A DNA stretch of 37,374 nt, taken from NCBI GenBank assembly GCA_023265105.1, contig JAHFUJ010000002.1:16877-54250 (forward strand), written 5' to 3'. Below are positions 9,436 through 17,723 of the stretch, in pieces. This stretch comes from Acidobacteriota bacterium. GTDB lineage: Bacteria > Acidobacteriota > Vicinamibacteria > Vicinamibacterales > CAVVIG01. The number at the start of each line of letters is the position of its first letter. The first letter of the stretch is position 1. The notes beneath the pieces were generated by a model. That model had not been told where the DNA came from. It saw only the letters and a list, made by a program, of their open reading frames with translations, and ran no database searches. Position numbers and translations under genes: made by a program.

Positions 9436-10568
9436 AGCGTCTGATCGTTGCGGTCGCAGTCGCAAGCGTGCTTGCGCCGCTGTATGTAGTGTCCGGCTTT
9501 AGCCGGACCTTGCCGATGGCACCTTCGTACGTGGCGTCCGGCTTGAGCCGGACCTTGCCGACGGCACCTTCGTACGTGGCGTCCGGCTTCAGCCGGACCT
9601 CGGCCGGGTCGACGGAGTCGAATCAGATTCTGCCGGTGACTGCCGTCGAATCAGTCGGCATGACCGTCTCCGATATGGATCGGGCGCTCGCGTTCTACAC
9701 GGGAGTGCTGCCATTCGTAAAAATCTCGGACCAGGAGCTCTCGGGACGCCCGTACGAGCTGCTCACGGGCGTCTTTGGCGCCCGTAGCCACGTCGTCAGG
9801 CTGCGGCTCGGTTCGGAAGAGATCGAGCTGACCGAGTTTCTGGCGCCGAAAGGCCGCCCGATGCCGCCCGACCTTCGCGCGAACGACCGTCTGTTTCAGC
9901 ACATTGCCATTGTCGTGAGCGACATCACGAAGGCGTACGGCGTCCTGAGACAGCATGGAATCGAGCATGCGTCGACCGGACCTCAACGGCTTCCTGACTG
10001 GAACCCAAACGCGGGCGGCATCAGTGCGTTCTATTTCCGCGACCCCGATCGCCACTTTCTCGAGATCATCGCCTTCCCACCCGGTAAGGGCTCGCCACGC
10101 TGGCAGGAGTCGTCCACGGGGCTGTTTCTCGGCATCGATCACACCGCGATTGTCGTCGACGACACCAGCGCATCGCTGCGGTTTTACCGCGACACGCTCG
10201 GGCTAGTGGTTGCCGGCGAGAGCGAGAACTACGACGTCGAGCAGGAACATCTCAACAACGTCTTCGGCGCGCGGCTGCGAATCACCGCGCTTCGTGCGGG
10301 CAAGGGGCCGGGTATCGAGCTCCTCGAGTATCTCGCGCCTCGCGATGGTCGACCGGCCCCGAACGATCTGCTCTCGAACGACATCGCGCACTGGCAGACG
10401 ACGCTCGTTGCCGATCGGCTCGATCCGTTGCTGGGTCTCGCCCGTGACCATCGCGTCTCGCTCGTCTCACCCGGCTCGGTAGATGCCTCATCACTTTCTC
10501 TCGGTTTCCGCACGGGATCGCTCACGCGCGATCCGGACGGGCACGGCATGCGCCTCGTCGCGAGATAA
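9432..10568 (+). CDS. Secreted two-domain VOC/glyoxalase family protein containing an in-frame repeat insertion
   Basis: Signal peptide; GMTVSDMDRALAFY, QHIAIVV, FRDPDRHFLE, IDHTAIVV, IELLEY and RDPDGH. Confidence 0.85.
   Translation: MKRLIVAVAVASVLAPLYVVSGFSRTLPMAPSYVASGLSRTLPTAPSYVASGFSRTSAGSTESNQILPVTAVESVGMTVSDMDRALAFYTGVLPFVKISDQELSGRPYELLTGVFGARSHVVRLRLGSEEIELTEFLAPKGRPMPPDLRANDRLFQHIAIVVSDITKAYGVLRQHGIEHASTGPQRLPDWNPNAGGISAFYFRDPDRHFLEIIAFPPGKGSPRWQESSTGLFLGIDHTAIVVDDTSASLRFYRDTLGLVVAGESENYDVEQEHLNNVFGARLRITALRAGKGPGIELLEYLAPRDGRPAPNDLLSNDIAHWQTTLVADRLDPLLGLARDHRVSLVSPGSVDASSLSLGFRTGSLTRDPDGHGMRLVAR
9482..9600 (+). repeat. Three tandem REP-like palindromes with 45-bp period, inside the CDS
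   Basis: GTAYGTRGYGTCCGGCTTBAGCCGGACCT at 9482, 9527 and 9572, separated by TGCCGAYGGCACCTTC. The core GTCCGGCT/AGCCGGAC is a perfect inverted repeat and encodes YV(V/A)SG(F/L)SRT. Confidence 0.9.
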
Positions 10569-10600
10569 CGCCATCAGACGTCGAGAGGCATGTCGTTACC

Positions 10601-11045
10601 CTAACTCTTGGCGTCAAGTGCACTGGTCGCCGGAACCGGATCGGGCACGTGATTCGTGACCGGTGGAATCGACCGCAGATACGCGAACACCGCCTTCAAA
10701 TCCTCGTCGGTCATGTTGCGATACACCGGCCACGGCATGGGCGGCAAGATCGGGCGTGACGTGGCCATGTGTTTTCCCGTCCGTATCGTCTTTACGTTAC
10801 ATCGCTTCGGGCCAGATTCCGAGCCCGGTGTTCGGGTCCGGCGTGAGGTTTGCCGTGAACGAAACGCCCCAGGGCCCCGCGAACGCGGTGTTCGTGGCCG
10901 AGGTCACGGATTGCCACGAGCCGTTGGCGAGAAAGGTCGGCGAAGGCGACACGTTCACACCCTCGGGATGTCCCGACAACATGCGGCTCATGTCTGGCCC
11001 CGGACCAGTCGGGTCCATCTTCCAGGGCGTATGGCAATTGTGAAG
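10601..11045 (-). pseudogene. Truncated, frameshifted c-type cytochrome (diheme c553-like family)
   Basis: NCHTPWKM..AGPWGVSFTANLTPDPNTGLGIW in one frame. After a frameshift near 10797 it continues VKTIRTGKHM..ILPPMPW..MTDEDLKAVFAYLRSIPPV. The N-terminus and first heme Cys are missing. Confidence 0.8.
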
Positions 11046-11273
11046 GGAGTTTACCAACCGCGAGCTTCGGCTCGACTCGACGCTGCAGCTTCCAGATTAC
11101 AAGGACAATCTCGAAGCCCGCTTGATCCTGCTCCGCCGCCGGCTCGACGAACGCCGGCCCCCTGTTCGCCTCATCAGAAGCGGCCGAGGGCATTTTCGTC
11201 TCCAGGCCGACAAGCATCTTGTGCTCGAGGAGATCGGGCCGTAGGGCGGTCCCTCTTCGATGGTCCGTCGGCC

Positions 11274-11303
11274 TAGACACGCCTGAGCAAAGGAGAGTAA
11301 AAT
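11274..11303 (+). promoter_or_regulatory. Sigma70-like promoter TAGACA-N18-TAAAAT
   Basis: Near-consensus -35/-10 hexamers in a GC-rich background, upstream of ATG 11331. Confidence 0.5.
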
Positions 11304-11330
11304 AGGCACAAGAACTGAGGTTATCTGAGT

Positions 11331-11672
11331 ATGGCAAGAGTCCAGCCTGTGCTGACCCCCACTGAACTTGCGCTGGTCGACCAAATGGCCGAGCTGACGC
11401 GGTCGAAGCGCACCGACGTGATCAAGAGCGCTCTGGGCGTCTACCATTGGTTCGTGCGGCAGGCCTTGACCGGGAGCAAAGTGGTATCCCGCAAACCCAC
11501 CGGCGAGGAAGTCGCTCTCGAGACGGCCGAACTGGCCGCTCTGGAAGGGAGGGGCAATCGCCTCGGTCCTGAAGAGCTCGGTCTGCTCGCCAAGCAACTC
11601 GCCTCCGCGTCTGACCCAATCGACGCCGCTCGTCTAAAGGAACGCCTCACGCGCGGCTTCTACGGCATCTAA
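11331..11672 (+). CDS. Ribbon-helix-helix (CopG-like) protein, putative antitoxin
   Basis: N-terminal strand then two helices (RVQPVL..ELALVDQMAEL..KRTDVIKSAL); first gene of a small bicistron. Confidence 0.6.
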   Translation: MARVQPVLTPTELALVDQMAELTRSKRTDVIKSALGVYHWFVRQALTGSKVVSRKPTGEEVALETAELAALEGRGNRLGPEELGLLAKQLASASDPIDAARLKERLTRGFYGI

Positions 11673-11686
11673 GATTAGAGCGCGTC

Positions 11687-11932
11687 GTGCCGAAGGTCCG
11701 CCGCCACGACATTCCGCCCGCGCTGTTCCAGCATCTGCTCGACCGCATCCAAAGCCGGAAGATCCCAGCAACTCAGCTGGAATTGCTGGCGAAGTGGCTC
11801 GATACCGAACCGGAAGTCCCCGAGGGTCAGTGGTTCAAACGATTCACGGGCATAACGGTTTGCGGCGAAGGAGAGTTGGTCAAGACTTTTCTCCTCCCTG
11901 GTCAGCCCGCCAAAGGCCAGAGGGTCTCATGA
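11687..11932 (+). CDS. Small basic hypothetical protein, putative toxin
   Basis: 81 aa, 14 nt after the RHH gene; HLLDR, PEGQWFKRF and CGEGELVKTFL segments. Confidence 0.55.
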   Translation: MPKVRRHDIPPALFQHLLDRIQSRKIPATQLELLAKWLDTEPEVPEGQWFKRFTGITVCGEGELVKTFLLPGQPAKGQRVS

Positions 11933-14562
11933 AGCGGGGATCGGTCGGGACGTTCCCGCAGATGGCCGCGAGCCGTGCGCATGTACTCGCGAGTTAGGCG
12001 GATGAGCGTGCGCCCGGACGTGGGCGTGATGCCCCGGCGGCGGTTCTCCGCCGCGATCTCGAACGCGATCCGCCACTGCGTCATCAGAACACGATACGCC
12101 CTCGTCAACGGTGTCCCGGGATGGTAGATGTGCGTGGCTTCCGAGGTCACGCCGTTCAACTCGATAATCTTGAACCCGCGCCCATTCCGAAATGCCTCGA
12201 TCCCTCCGTCCACTCGTACATCGAATCGTCCGAAATAGAAGCCATCGAAACCTCGCGCGATCGCGTCGAAGCGCTCTTCGAGCGCCGGTGTGAGCACCCA
12301 CGCGCCGTCGAGGAACATGGCGCCGCGGCAGTGGGTACCGAGCTCCGCGAGCGGGATCGCCTCGCCGACCGACGGCACATCCCCTAGCCTCTCGCGGTGT
12401 CGCTCACAGTAGAGCCGCGCCATGCATACCGCGCGTTCGTCCTGAAGAATCAATTCTTCCAACGTGCGTCGGCCATCGCCTACCACCGTGGGGAACCTCT
12501 TCTCGGTAATAGAAAAGACGTGACCACGTGACTCAGAGGGGTACCGGTAGTAAAAGACGCCGAACTCGGCCCCGGCGACGTACTCCTGGATGATCGTGTC
12601 GACCGACGAGTGTGCGAGACAGTCTTCAAGGGCGTTCGTTGAACGAACGACGATGACACCGGACCCACGTTGACCGTGGTTGGGTTTGAGGACGATCGGG
12701 AACGCCAGCGCTTCATCAGCCATGAAGCGTTGTGCCTCTCGAACTTTCTCGGTCTGGCTCAGACTCCCCGCAATCAGGCGCGAGCGCGCCATGTACTGGC
12801 GGGCACCGGCGAGTGCCTGAAGAATGGCGTATTTCGATTCGCCGACGAAGCCGCCTGCCTCAATCGCTGGATTGGCGGCTGTAAACAGGGTGACACTCCG
12901 ATGCTTCACCATGAGGTACACGATGTACCCGAGCAGCGGCGGATAGAACACCCAGGGCGGCCAGAATTCCCATCTCGTGCACCGTCGCCAAGACGAGACC
13001 AGCAGCCTGCGTCCCTTGGCGGTCGCCGCAAACTGGATGACCTTGAGAGCGAGCGCAACAAGCGCAATGGTGCTCACCGCACGCGCGTACGGAGACAGCA
13101 AAGCCATTGACGGGATGAACAGAACGGAACTGACGAACGCCGAAACGCCGACTGCCAAGGCTGCCCAGATGGCGTTGGCGAGCAGCAACAAAACCATGAA
13201 TCTCCACAGGCCCACGTTCAGCAAACCTGCTGCGACAGTCGCGGTACGCCGCCTGCCCAGTGCGAGCGAACTGAGGTGACGCGTCGCGACGCCGTGCTGT
13301 GAAAGGAACGCGAGGCTCCGTTCGACGGCCTCTGGCGGGAATAGCCATCGCGTCGGCGCCGCCTGGAAGACGCGCCGCCCATAACGGCGACTGCCAAGGA
13401 ATAGCAGCAGGTGGGCGATGCACATGCCAGTGAAGCAGGCGCGCACCGCCAGGGCGGGGCTCACACGTCCACGCGCAACGAGCGCGCCGGCAGCAGCACC
13501 GGTGACATTCTCGGAAACCAATGCGGCGGTCGTCAGAAGTCCACTGAACACCGCCGCGGCGATCCCCCGCACTTGCGGCAGCCGCAACGCGTCAAAGGCG
13601 GGGCTCGCTGCACGGACCCGCTCTGGATCTGCATCCGCGAGCGCCGGCGCCCGGCCCTGTTCCGCGCGATCGACGAACTCGGCAATGAGATTGCCGAGAT
13701 ACGGCGCCCTGGTGAACAGCAGGAAGTGATCTCCGTACGGTATGTGCAGCTCACTTTGAGGAATCAGGCGATGGTGCTCCTGTGCCGCCTCAATCGGCAC
13801 TTGATCGTCGTCGGTACCGTGAACAATCAGGGTCGGCACGGTCACCCGCCGAAGGATGTTGCGAAGAGGTCGTTGATCGGAATCGAAGAAGTTGCGCGCA
13901 TACGGAACATCCAACATGGCGTTGTCGAGACGGCCCATGTGCGGGGTCGCTTCGTGCAGGAGCCACAGCGCAATGAGCTGGACGCCGTGAACCGCGTGGT
14001 TGACGTAATAGTCGCCCGTCAGCTCCATCTCCTGGACGCCGATTGCCGAGAGCATCGTCAGGGACGCGACACGTTCGGGCGCCACGTCGGTCAGGTTCAG
14101 CGCAACGCCGCCTCCCATGCTGAACCCCAGCACGTGCGTCCGCCCGATGCCGAGCTGATCCAGGAGCTGCCGCACATAGACGGCGTGAGCGCGAAATGAA
14201 TAATCCGGCAGCGTGCGCGTGGAAGAACCGAAACCGGGCAGATCGGGCACGATCACCCGGGCGTGTTGCGCCAGGACAGGCGCGAGACGCCCGAAGTCGT
14301 CTTTGCGGCCCGGACTGCCGTGGAGGAGCACGATCGTTTCCTGATCCTGGCCAGAGGGCGGTGCGTACTCTCGATACGCAACGCGGATCGCCTCGGATGT
14401 GAGCCGTGTGCCGTCAACCGCCTGCGCAACGGCGACGCGATCGAATGGGCCGGCATCCGCGAGGGCCTGATGCGAGGATCGGGCGAAGAACGAGACCCCG
14501 AGCAGCAGTCCGTAGGCGCCGACGCCCAACAGTACTCGACCGCGCCGGGTTCGGGCGCTCAT
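11902..14562 (-). CDS. Alpha/beta-hydrolase - DedA/VTT - ATP-grasp fusion protein
   Basis: Hydrolase: LLHGSPG, PDLPGFG, GFSMGG, HGTDD, GDH. Central multi-TM DedA-like region. ATP-grasp: WEFWPPW, GESK, PIVLKPNHGQRGSGV, QEYV, GRFDV, IIELNGVTSE. Start taken at MSART. Confidence 0.85.
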   Translation of the reverse strand: MSARTRRGRVLLGVGAYGLLLGVSFFARSSHQALADAGPFDRVAVAQAVDGTRLTSEAIRVAYREYAPPSGQDQETIVLLHGSPGRKDDFGRLAPVLAQHARVIVPDLPGFGSSTRTLPDYSFRAHAVYVRQLLDQLGIGRTHVLGFSMGGGVALNLTDVAPERVASLTMLSAIGVQEMELTGDYYVNHAVHGVQLIALWLLHEATPHMGRLDNAMLDVPYARNFFDSDQRPLRNILRRVTVPTLIVHGTDDDQVPIEAAQEHHRLIPQSELHIPYGDHFLLFTRAPYLGNLIAEFVDRAEQGRAPALADADPERVRAASPAFDALRLPQVRGIAAAVFSGLLTTAALVSENVTGAAAGALVARGRVSPALAVRACFTGMCIAHLLLFLGSRRYGRRVFQAAPTRWLFPPEAVERSLAFLSQHGVATRHLSSLALGRRRTATVAAGLLNVGLWRFMVLLLLANAIWAALAVGVSAFVSSVLFIPSMALLSPYARAVSTIALVALALKVIQFAATAKGRRLLVSSWRRCTRWEFWPPWVFYPPLLGYIVYLMVKHRSVTLFTAANPAIEAGGFVGESKYAILQALAGARQYMARSRLIAGSLSQTEKVREAQRFMADEALAFPIVLKPNHGQRGSGVIVVRSTNALEDCLAHSSVDTIIQEYVAGAEFGVFYYRYPSESRGHVFSITEKRFPTVVGDGRRTLEELILQDERAVCMARLYCERHRERLGDVPSVGEAIPLAELGTHCRGAMFLDGAWVLTPALEERFDAIARGFDGFYFGRFDVRVDGGIEAFRNGRGFKIIELNGVTSEATHIYHPGTPLTRAYRVLMTQWRIAFEIAAENRRRGITPTSGRTLIRLTREYMRTARGHLRERPDRSPLHETLWPLAG

Positions 14563-14577
14563 AGAGGTGAACGTTCC

Positions 14578-14607
14578 TTGGATGCCGGGGCGCTCGCAAT
14601 CGTTACG
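14578..14607 (-). promoter_or_regulatory. ECF-type promoter CGTAACG-N16-CATC-CAA
   Basis: Minus-strand match just upstream of ATG 14562. Confidence 0.7.
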
Positions 14608-14619
14608 GCATGAGCATTC

Positions 14620-14648
14620 CGAAACCTCCTCAGCGCCACGGAATCCTA
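14620..14648 (+). promoter_or_regulatory. ECF-type promoter CGAAACC-N15-AATC-CTA
   Basis: Divergent partner of the 14578 site; both boxes are conserved in the duplicate at 24267 while the spacer diverges. Confidence 0.65.
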
Positions 14649-14709
14649 GGTTGCGAGCGGTACCAAGACAAGACCGGAAACAACAACCGCAGTGATTCAG
14701 GAGGACAGA

Positions 14710-15138
14710 ATGATTCGTCGCACCATCCGGGCATTTCGTACAGCACTCTTCAGCATCGCGGCGCTCACCATGACGGCGACGTTTGCGCTGGCACAGAGCC
14801 AAACCAGCAAGCCGTTCTCTGGAGCCAAAGTGAACGGCGGCACCATCACACACTCGACGAGGGACGGCCAGGACGTGCTCACGCTGTCGGACGACTTCAA
14901 GGTTCCCGACACACCAGATCCGCACTGGCAGGTGGTCGACTCAAAGGGCAACAACTACCTGCTGCAGCGTCTGGGCGTGAAGAACCTCGGCGGCCTCGCC
15001 AAGGACCGGATCAACATGTCGATCACACTGCCGGCCTACGTCAAGGACGTCGCCAAAGTGCAGATCTACTGCGCGTGGGCGGAAGCGGTCCTCGGCGAGG
15101 CGCCGTTCGGCGCCCCGTTGATGACGATGAACAAGTAG
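14710..15138 (+). CDS. Secreted DM13-like domain protein, copy 1
   Basis: RBS AGGAGG, signal peptide, LTLSDDFKVPDTPDPHW and VQIYCAWAEAVLGEA, resembling the DM13 GPDL and WC..FG motifs. Confidence 0.65.
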   Translation: MIRRTIRAFRTALFSIAALTMTATFALAQSQTSKPFSGAKVNGGTITHSTRDGQDVLTLSDDFKVPDTPDPHWQVVDSKGNNYLLQRLGVKNLGGLAKDRINMSITLPAYVKDVAKVQIYCAWAEAVLGEAPFGAPLMTMNK

Positions 15139-15156
15139 CCGAGCGCACGCGCGCAG

Positions 15157-15211
15157 GGTCGCGCCCTTCGGAGCCCAGGCCGGTATCAGGCCGGGCCCAA
15201 GGGGCGCGATC
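15157..15211 (+). terminator. GC-rich imperfect hairpin after the DM13-like gene
   Basis: GGTCGCGCCCT pairs with GGGGCGCGATC allowing G-U pairs; weak U-tract. Confidence 0.35.
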
Positions 15212-15275
15212 AGTTTAGCGACAGCTCATACTGTCGTGGCTCGGCTCTGCCGCGGCGGCCGATGCTCACAAGGCA

Positions 15276-15305
15276 TGTAACCCGCGGCAACCGGCCGACA
15301 TCAGA
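15276..15305 (+). promoter_or_regulatory. ECF-type promoter TGTAACC-N16-CATC-AGA
   Basis: Motif match directly upstream of the RBS and start 15318. Confidence 0.65.
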
Positions 15306-15317
15306 AAGGCAGAGGGA

Positions 15318-15806
15318 GTGATGAAGCTTCTGACGAATTTCGTGGGCGTCGCGGTTTTCTCGGCGGCAGCGGCAGTCATGACAGCCCAGACCAACGAACC
15401 CTTGGCGCTCGACAAGAAGGTTCTGAGTCTGGCAGCGGCCAGAAAGATCGTCGCCGCCTCTGAAGCCGAGGCGAAGGCTCGCCGTCTGGGTGTCGTCATC
15501 GTCGTCGTAGACGACACCGGGAACATCATCCAGCTCACACGGATGGACGCAGCCCAGGTCGCCAGCGTCAATGTGGGTATCGGCAAGGCACGTACGGCCG
15601 CGATCTACCGGCGTCCGAGCAAAGACTTCGAAGAGCAGATCAAGAACGGTCGCGTGGCGGCACTGGCTCTTGCCGACGCGACCCCGCTCCAAGGCGGCGT
15701 GCCGGTCTGGATTGGCGGCAAGGTGGTCGGAGCGGTCGGCGTGAGTGGAGATTCGCCGCAGGCGGATGAAGAGATCGCCATCGCGGGAGCGAAGGCGATC
15801 CCCTGA
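15318..15806 (+). CDS. GlcG/HbpS family heme-binding protein, secreted
   Basis: IVVVDDTG, RMDAA, GKARTA, LQGGVPV and VGAVGVSG..DEEIA motifs; signal peptide. Confidence 0.9.
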   Translation: MMKLLTNFVGVAVFSAAAAVMTAQTNEPLALDKKVLSLAAARKIVAASEAEAKARRLGVVIVVVDDTGNIIQLTRMDAAQVASVNVGIGKARTAAIYRRPSKDFEEQIKNGRVAALALADATPLQGGVPVWIGGKVVGAVGVSGDSPQADEEIAIAGAKAIP

Positions 15807-15926
15807 CGTGGGTGACTTTTGCGACCCGCCCGCACTTGACGCCAAGAAAGCTGAGGTGGCCGAAGAATTTCACCGCGCGTCCGGCCCGTACGGTATGCTT
15901 TGAGGCTCGATCCTCACGCGCGAGCA

Positions 15927-17723
15927 ATGAGCCTCATTCCGGAAACGGCGCTCCCCGATTCGTTCCCTCCCTACGAGGCGTTCCGGCAGCACTTCGGCTT
16001 CGTGCCGGCAATCTTTCGCGCCCAGAGTCTGCTTCCCCGAGTCATCGAGGCTGAAGCGCAGATGGCCGGCGCGGTCCTGCTGGCGCCTGGCGCCCTGACG
16101 CGCGTTCAGAAGGAAACCATCCTTCTGACGCTGGCATCGCGTCATGCCAACGCGTACTGCGTGACCGCTCATCGCCACTTTCTTGGCGGGCTTGGTGTTC
16201 CGCCGCACCAGCTGGATGTACTGGCGCGCGACTACCACGACGCTGGCCTCTCTTCGGCGGACGTGGCGCTCCTGGATTTCGCGCTCAAGCTGGGAAGCGA
16301 GCCGAACTTCATACACGGAGGCGAGATCGAGGCGCTGCGCGCCAACGGGTTGACCGACGAGCAGATACTGGAAGCCGTCCTGATGACGGCCTTGACGAAT
16401 TTCCTGTGCACACTCTCGGCCGGCCTCGACGTGGCGCCAGATTTCGAGTTATCGCCGATTCGTTGCTCAATCCAAAGTCCGCCGGCGACGCTCGCGTCCC
16501 CTCCGACCGTGGCGACGAAAGGTCCGTACCTGCGTGCTGTAGTTCGAGACCAGAAAGAATTTCCACCGTTCGCATTCTTCCAGGAGAAATTCGGCTTCAT
16601 TCCCAACATCTTTCGAGCCCAAACCCTGCGACCCGACGTGGTCGAGGCCGAAGCGTTCACGGTTGGAACCGTGCTGCTGACCGACGACATCCTCTCCCGC
16701 GTGCGAAAGGAATTCATTCTGCTCGTCATCTCGGCCGCGAACCTCAACACCTACTGTGTCGCGGTGCATTGCGAGATGCTGCGCAACCTCGGCATACCGG
16801 CGGACGCCTCCGACCAGATCGCCGTCGATCACCGCAGCGCCGACCTGGGACAGGCCGACAAGGCGTTGCTCGATGTCGCGCTCAAGGTGGCTCGCCGATC
16901 GCCGACCTTCGGGCAGGCGGACCTGGACGGACTCCGCACCCATGGCTTTACCGACCCCCAAATCCTCGAAGCTGTGGTCATGGCCTCCCTGACCAATTTC
17001 CTTAATACGCTGCAGGTTGGCCTGGGCACCGTCACCGATTTCCACCCGCGGCGGGTCTTTGCGACCAGCGTGAATCTTTTGGAAGACCCGGCCCATCCAA
17101 TGGATCAGGGGACCGGTGGGGCCGAGCCGGCGGGCGACCCGGACACCGAGCTGGTCGCCAGAGCGAAGAGCGGTGACAGAGGCGCGTTCGAGGCACTGGT
17201 GCGAAACCATCATCGCCGGATCTACCGGACGTTGTTGGGCGTGACCGGGAACCCGCCAGATGCGGAGGACGCGACACAGACGGCGTTTCTCAAGGCATTC
17301 CAGCATCTCGGGGACTTCGAAGGACACGCGCGCTTCGGCACCTGGCTGACACGTATCGCCATCAACGAAGGTCTCGAATGCGTGCGTACGCGAAAGCCGA
17401 CGGAGAGTCTTTCGCCCGAGGACGAAGACGGAGGGCCGTTCCGCCCGCGGCTCGTGCTGGGATGGGCGGACGACCCCGAGCGGCTGTATCAGCGCGAGGA
17501 GCTCCGGGCCATGGTGGAACGCGCGGTGACCTCTCTACCCGTCCGTTATCGGATGGCCGTGCTTCTACGCGATCTGGAACAACTGTCGACCGCGGAGGCT
17601 GCGGCAGCGCTGGGATTGGGAATCCCAACCCTCAAAACTCATTTGCTTCGGGGCCGCCTGATGCTTCGCGAAGCGCTGGCTCCCCACTTCATTCCTCGAC
17701 AAGGAGCGGTGGCTCGTGTTTAG
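15927..17723 (+). CDS. Tandem AhpD/CMD-like (peroxidase-related) domains fused to a C-terminal ECF sigma-70 factor
   Basis: Two internal repeats (FGFVPAIFRAQ..NAYCVTAH..GLTDEQILEAV and FGFIPNIFRAQ..NTYCVAVH..GFTDPQILEAV), then sigma region 2 (DAEDATQTAFLKAF, FGTWLTRIAIN) and region 4 (LPVRYR..TLKTHLLRGR). No stop codon between them. Confidence 0.9.
   Translation: MSLIPETALPDSFPPYEAFRQHFGFVPAIFRAQSLLPRVIEAEAQMAGAVLLAPGALTRVQKETILLTLASRHANAYCVTAHRHFLGGLGVPPHQLDVLARDYHDAGLSSADVALLDFALKLGSEPNFIHGGEIEALRANGLTDEQILEAVLMTALTNFLCTLSAGLDVAPDFELSPIRCSIQSPPATLASPPTVATKGPYLRAVVRDQKEFPPFAFFQEKFGFIPNIFRAQTLRPDVVEAEAFTVGTVLLTDDILSRVRKEFILLVISAANLNTYCVAVHCEMLRNLGIPADASDQIAVDHRSADLGQADKALLDVALKVARRSPTFGQADLDGLRTHGFTDPQILEAVVMASLTNFLNTLQVGLGTVTDFHPRRVFATSVNLLEDPAHPMDQGTGGAEPAGDPDTELVARAKSGDRGAFEALVRNHHRRIYRTLLGVTGNPPDAEDATQTAFLKAFQHLGDFEGHARFGTWLTRIAINEGLECVRTRKPTESLSPEDEDGGPFRPRLVLGWADDPERLYQREELRAMVERAVTSLPVRYRMAVLLRDLEQLSTAEAAAALGLGIPTLKTHLLRGRLMLREALAPHFIPRQGAVARV
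17071..17100 (+). promoter_or_regulatory. Intragenic ECF-type promoter TGAATCT-N16-CATC-CAA
   Basis: Sits in the linker immediately before the sigma domain; shares GTGAATCTTTT and spacing with the site at 18001. Confidence 0.55.

Noticed and set aside
9482-9600. Possible mini CRISPR array (palindromic 29-bp repeats at regular spacing)
   Set aside because: The spacers are only 16 bp and nearly identical, the array is in-frame within a CDS, no cas genes are present, and the same unit occurs as an inverted pair elsewhere.
11046-11270. Possible transposase or other gene remnant between the cytochrome relic and the RHH gene
   Set aside because: Short coding-like stretch with no recognisable motif, terminal inverted repeats or target-site duplication.
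14563-14925. N-terminal extension of the 1007-aa ORF
   Set aside because: It is antisense to the DM13-like gene and spans the divergent promoters; the start at 14562 fits better.
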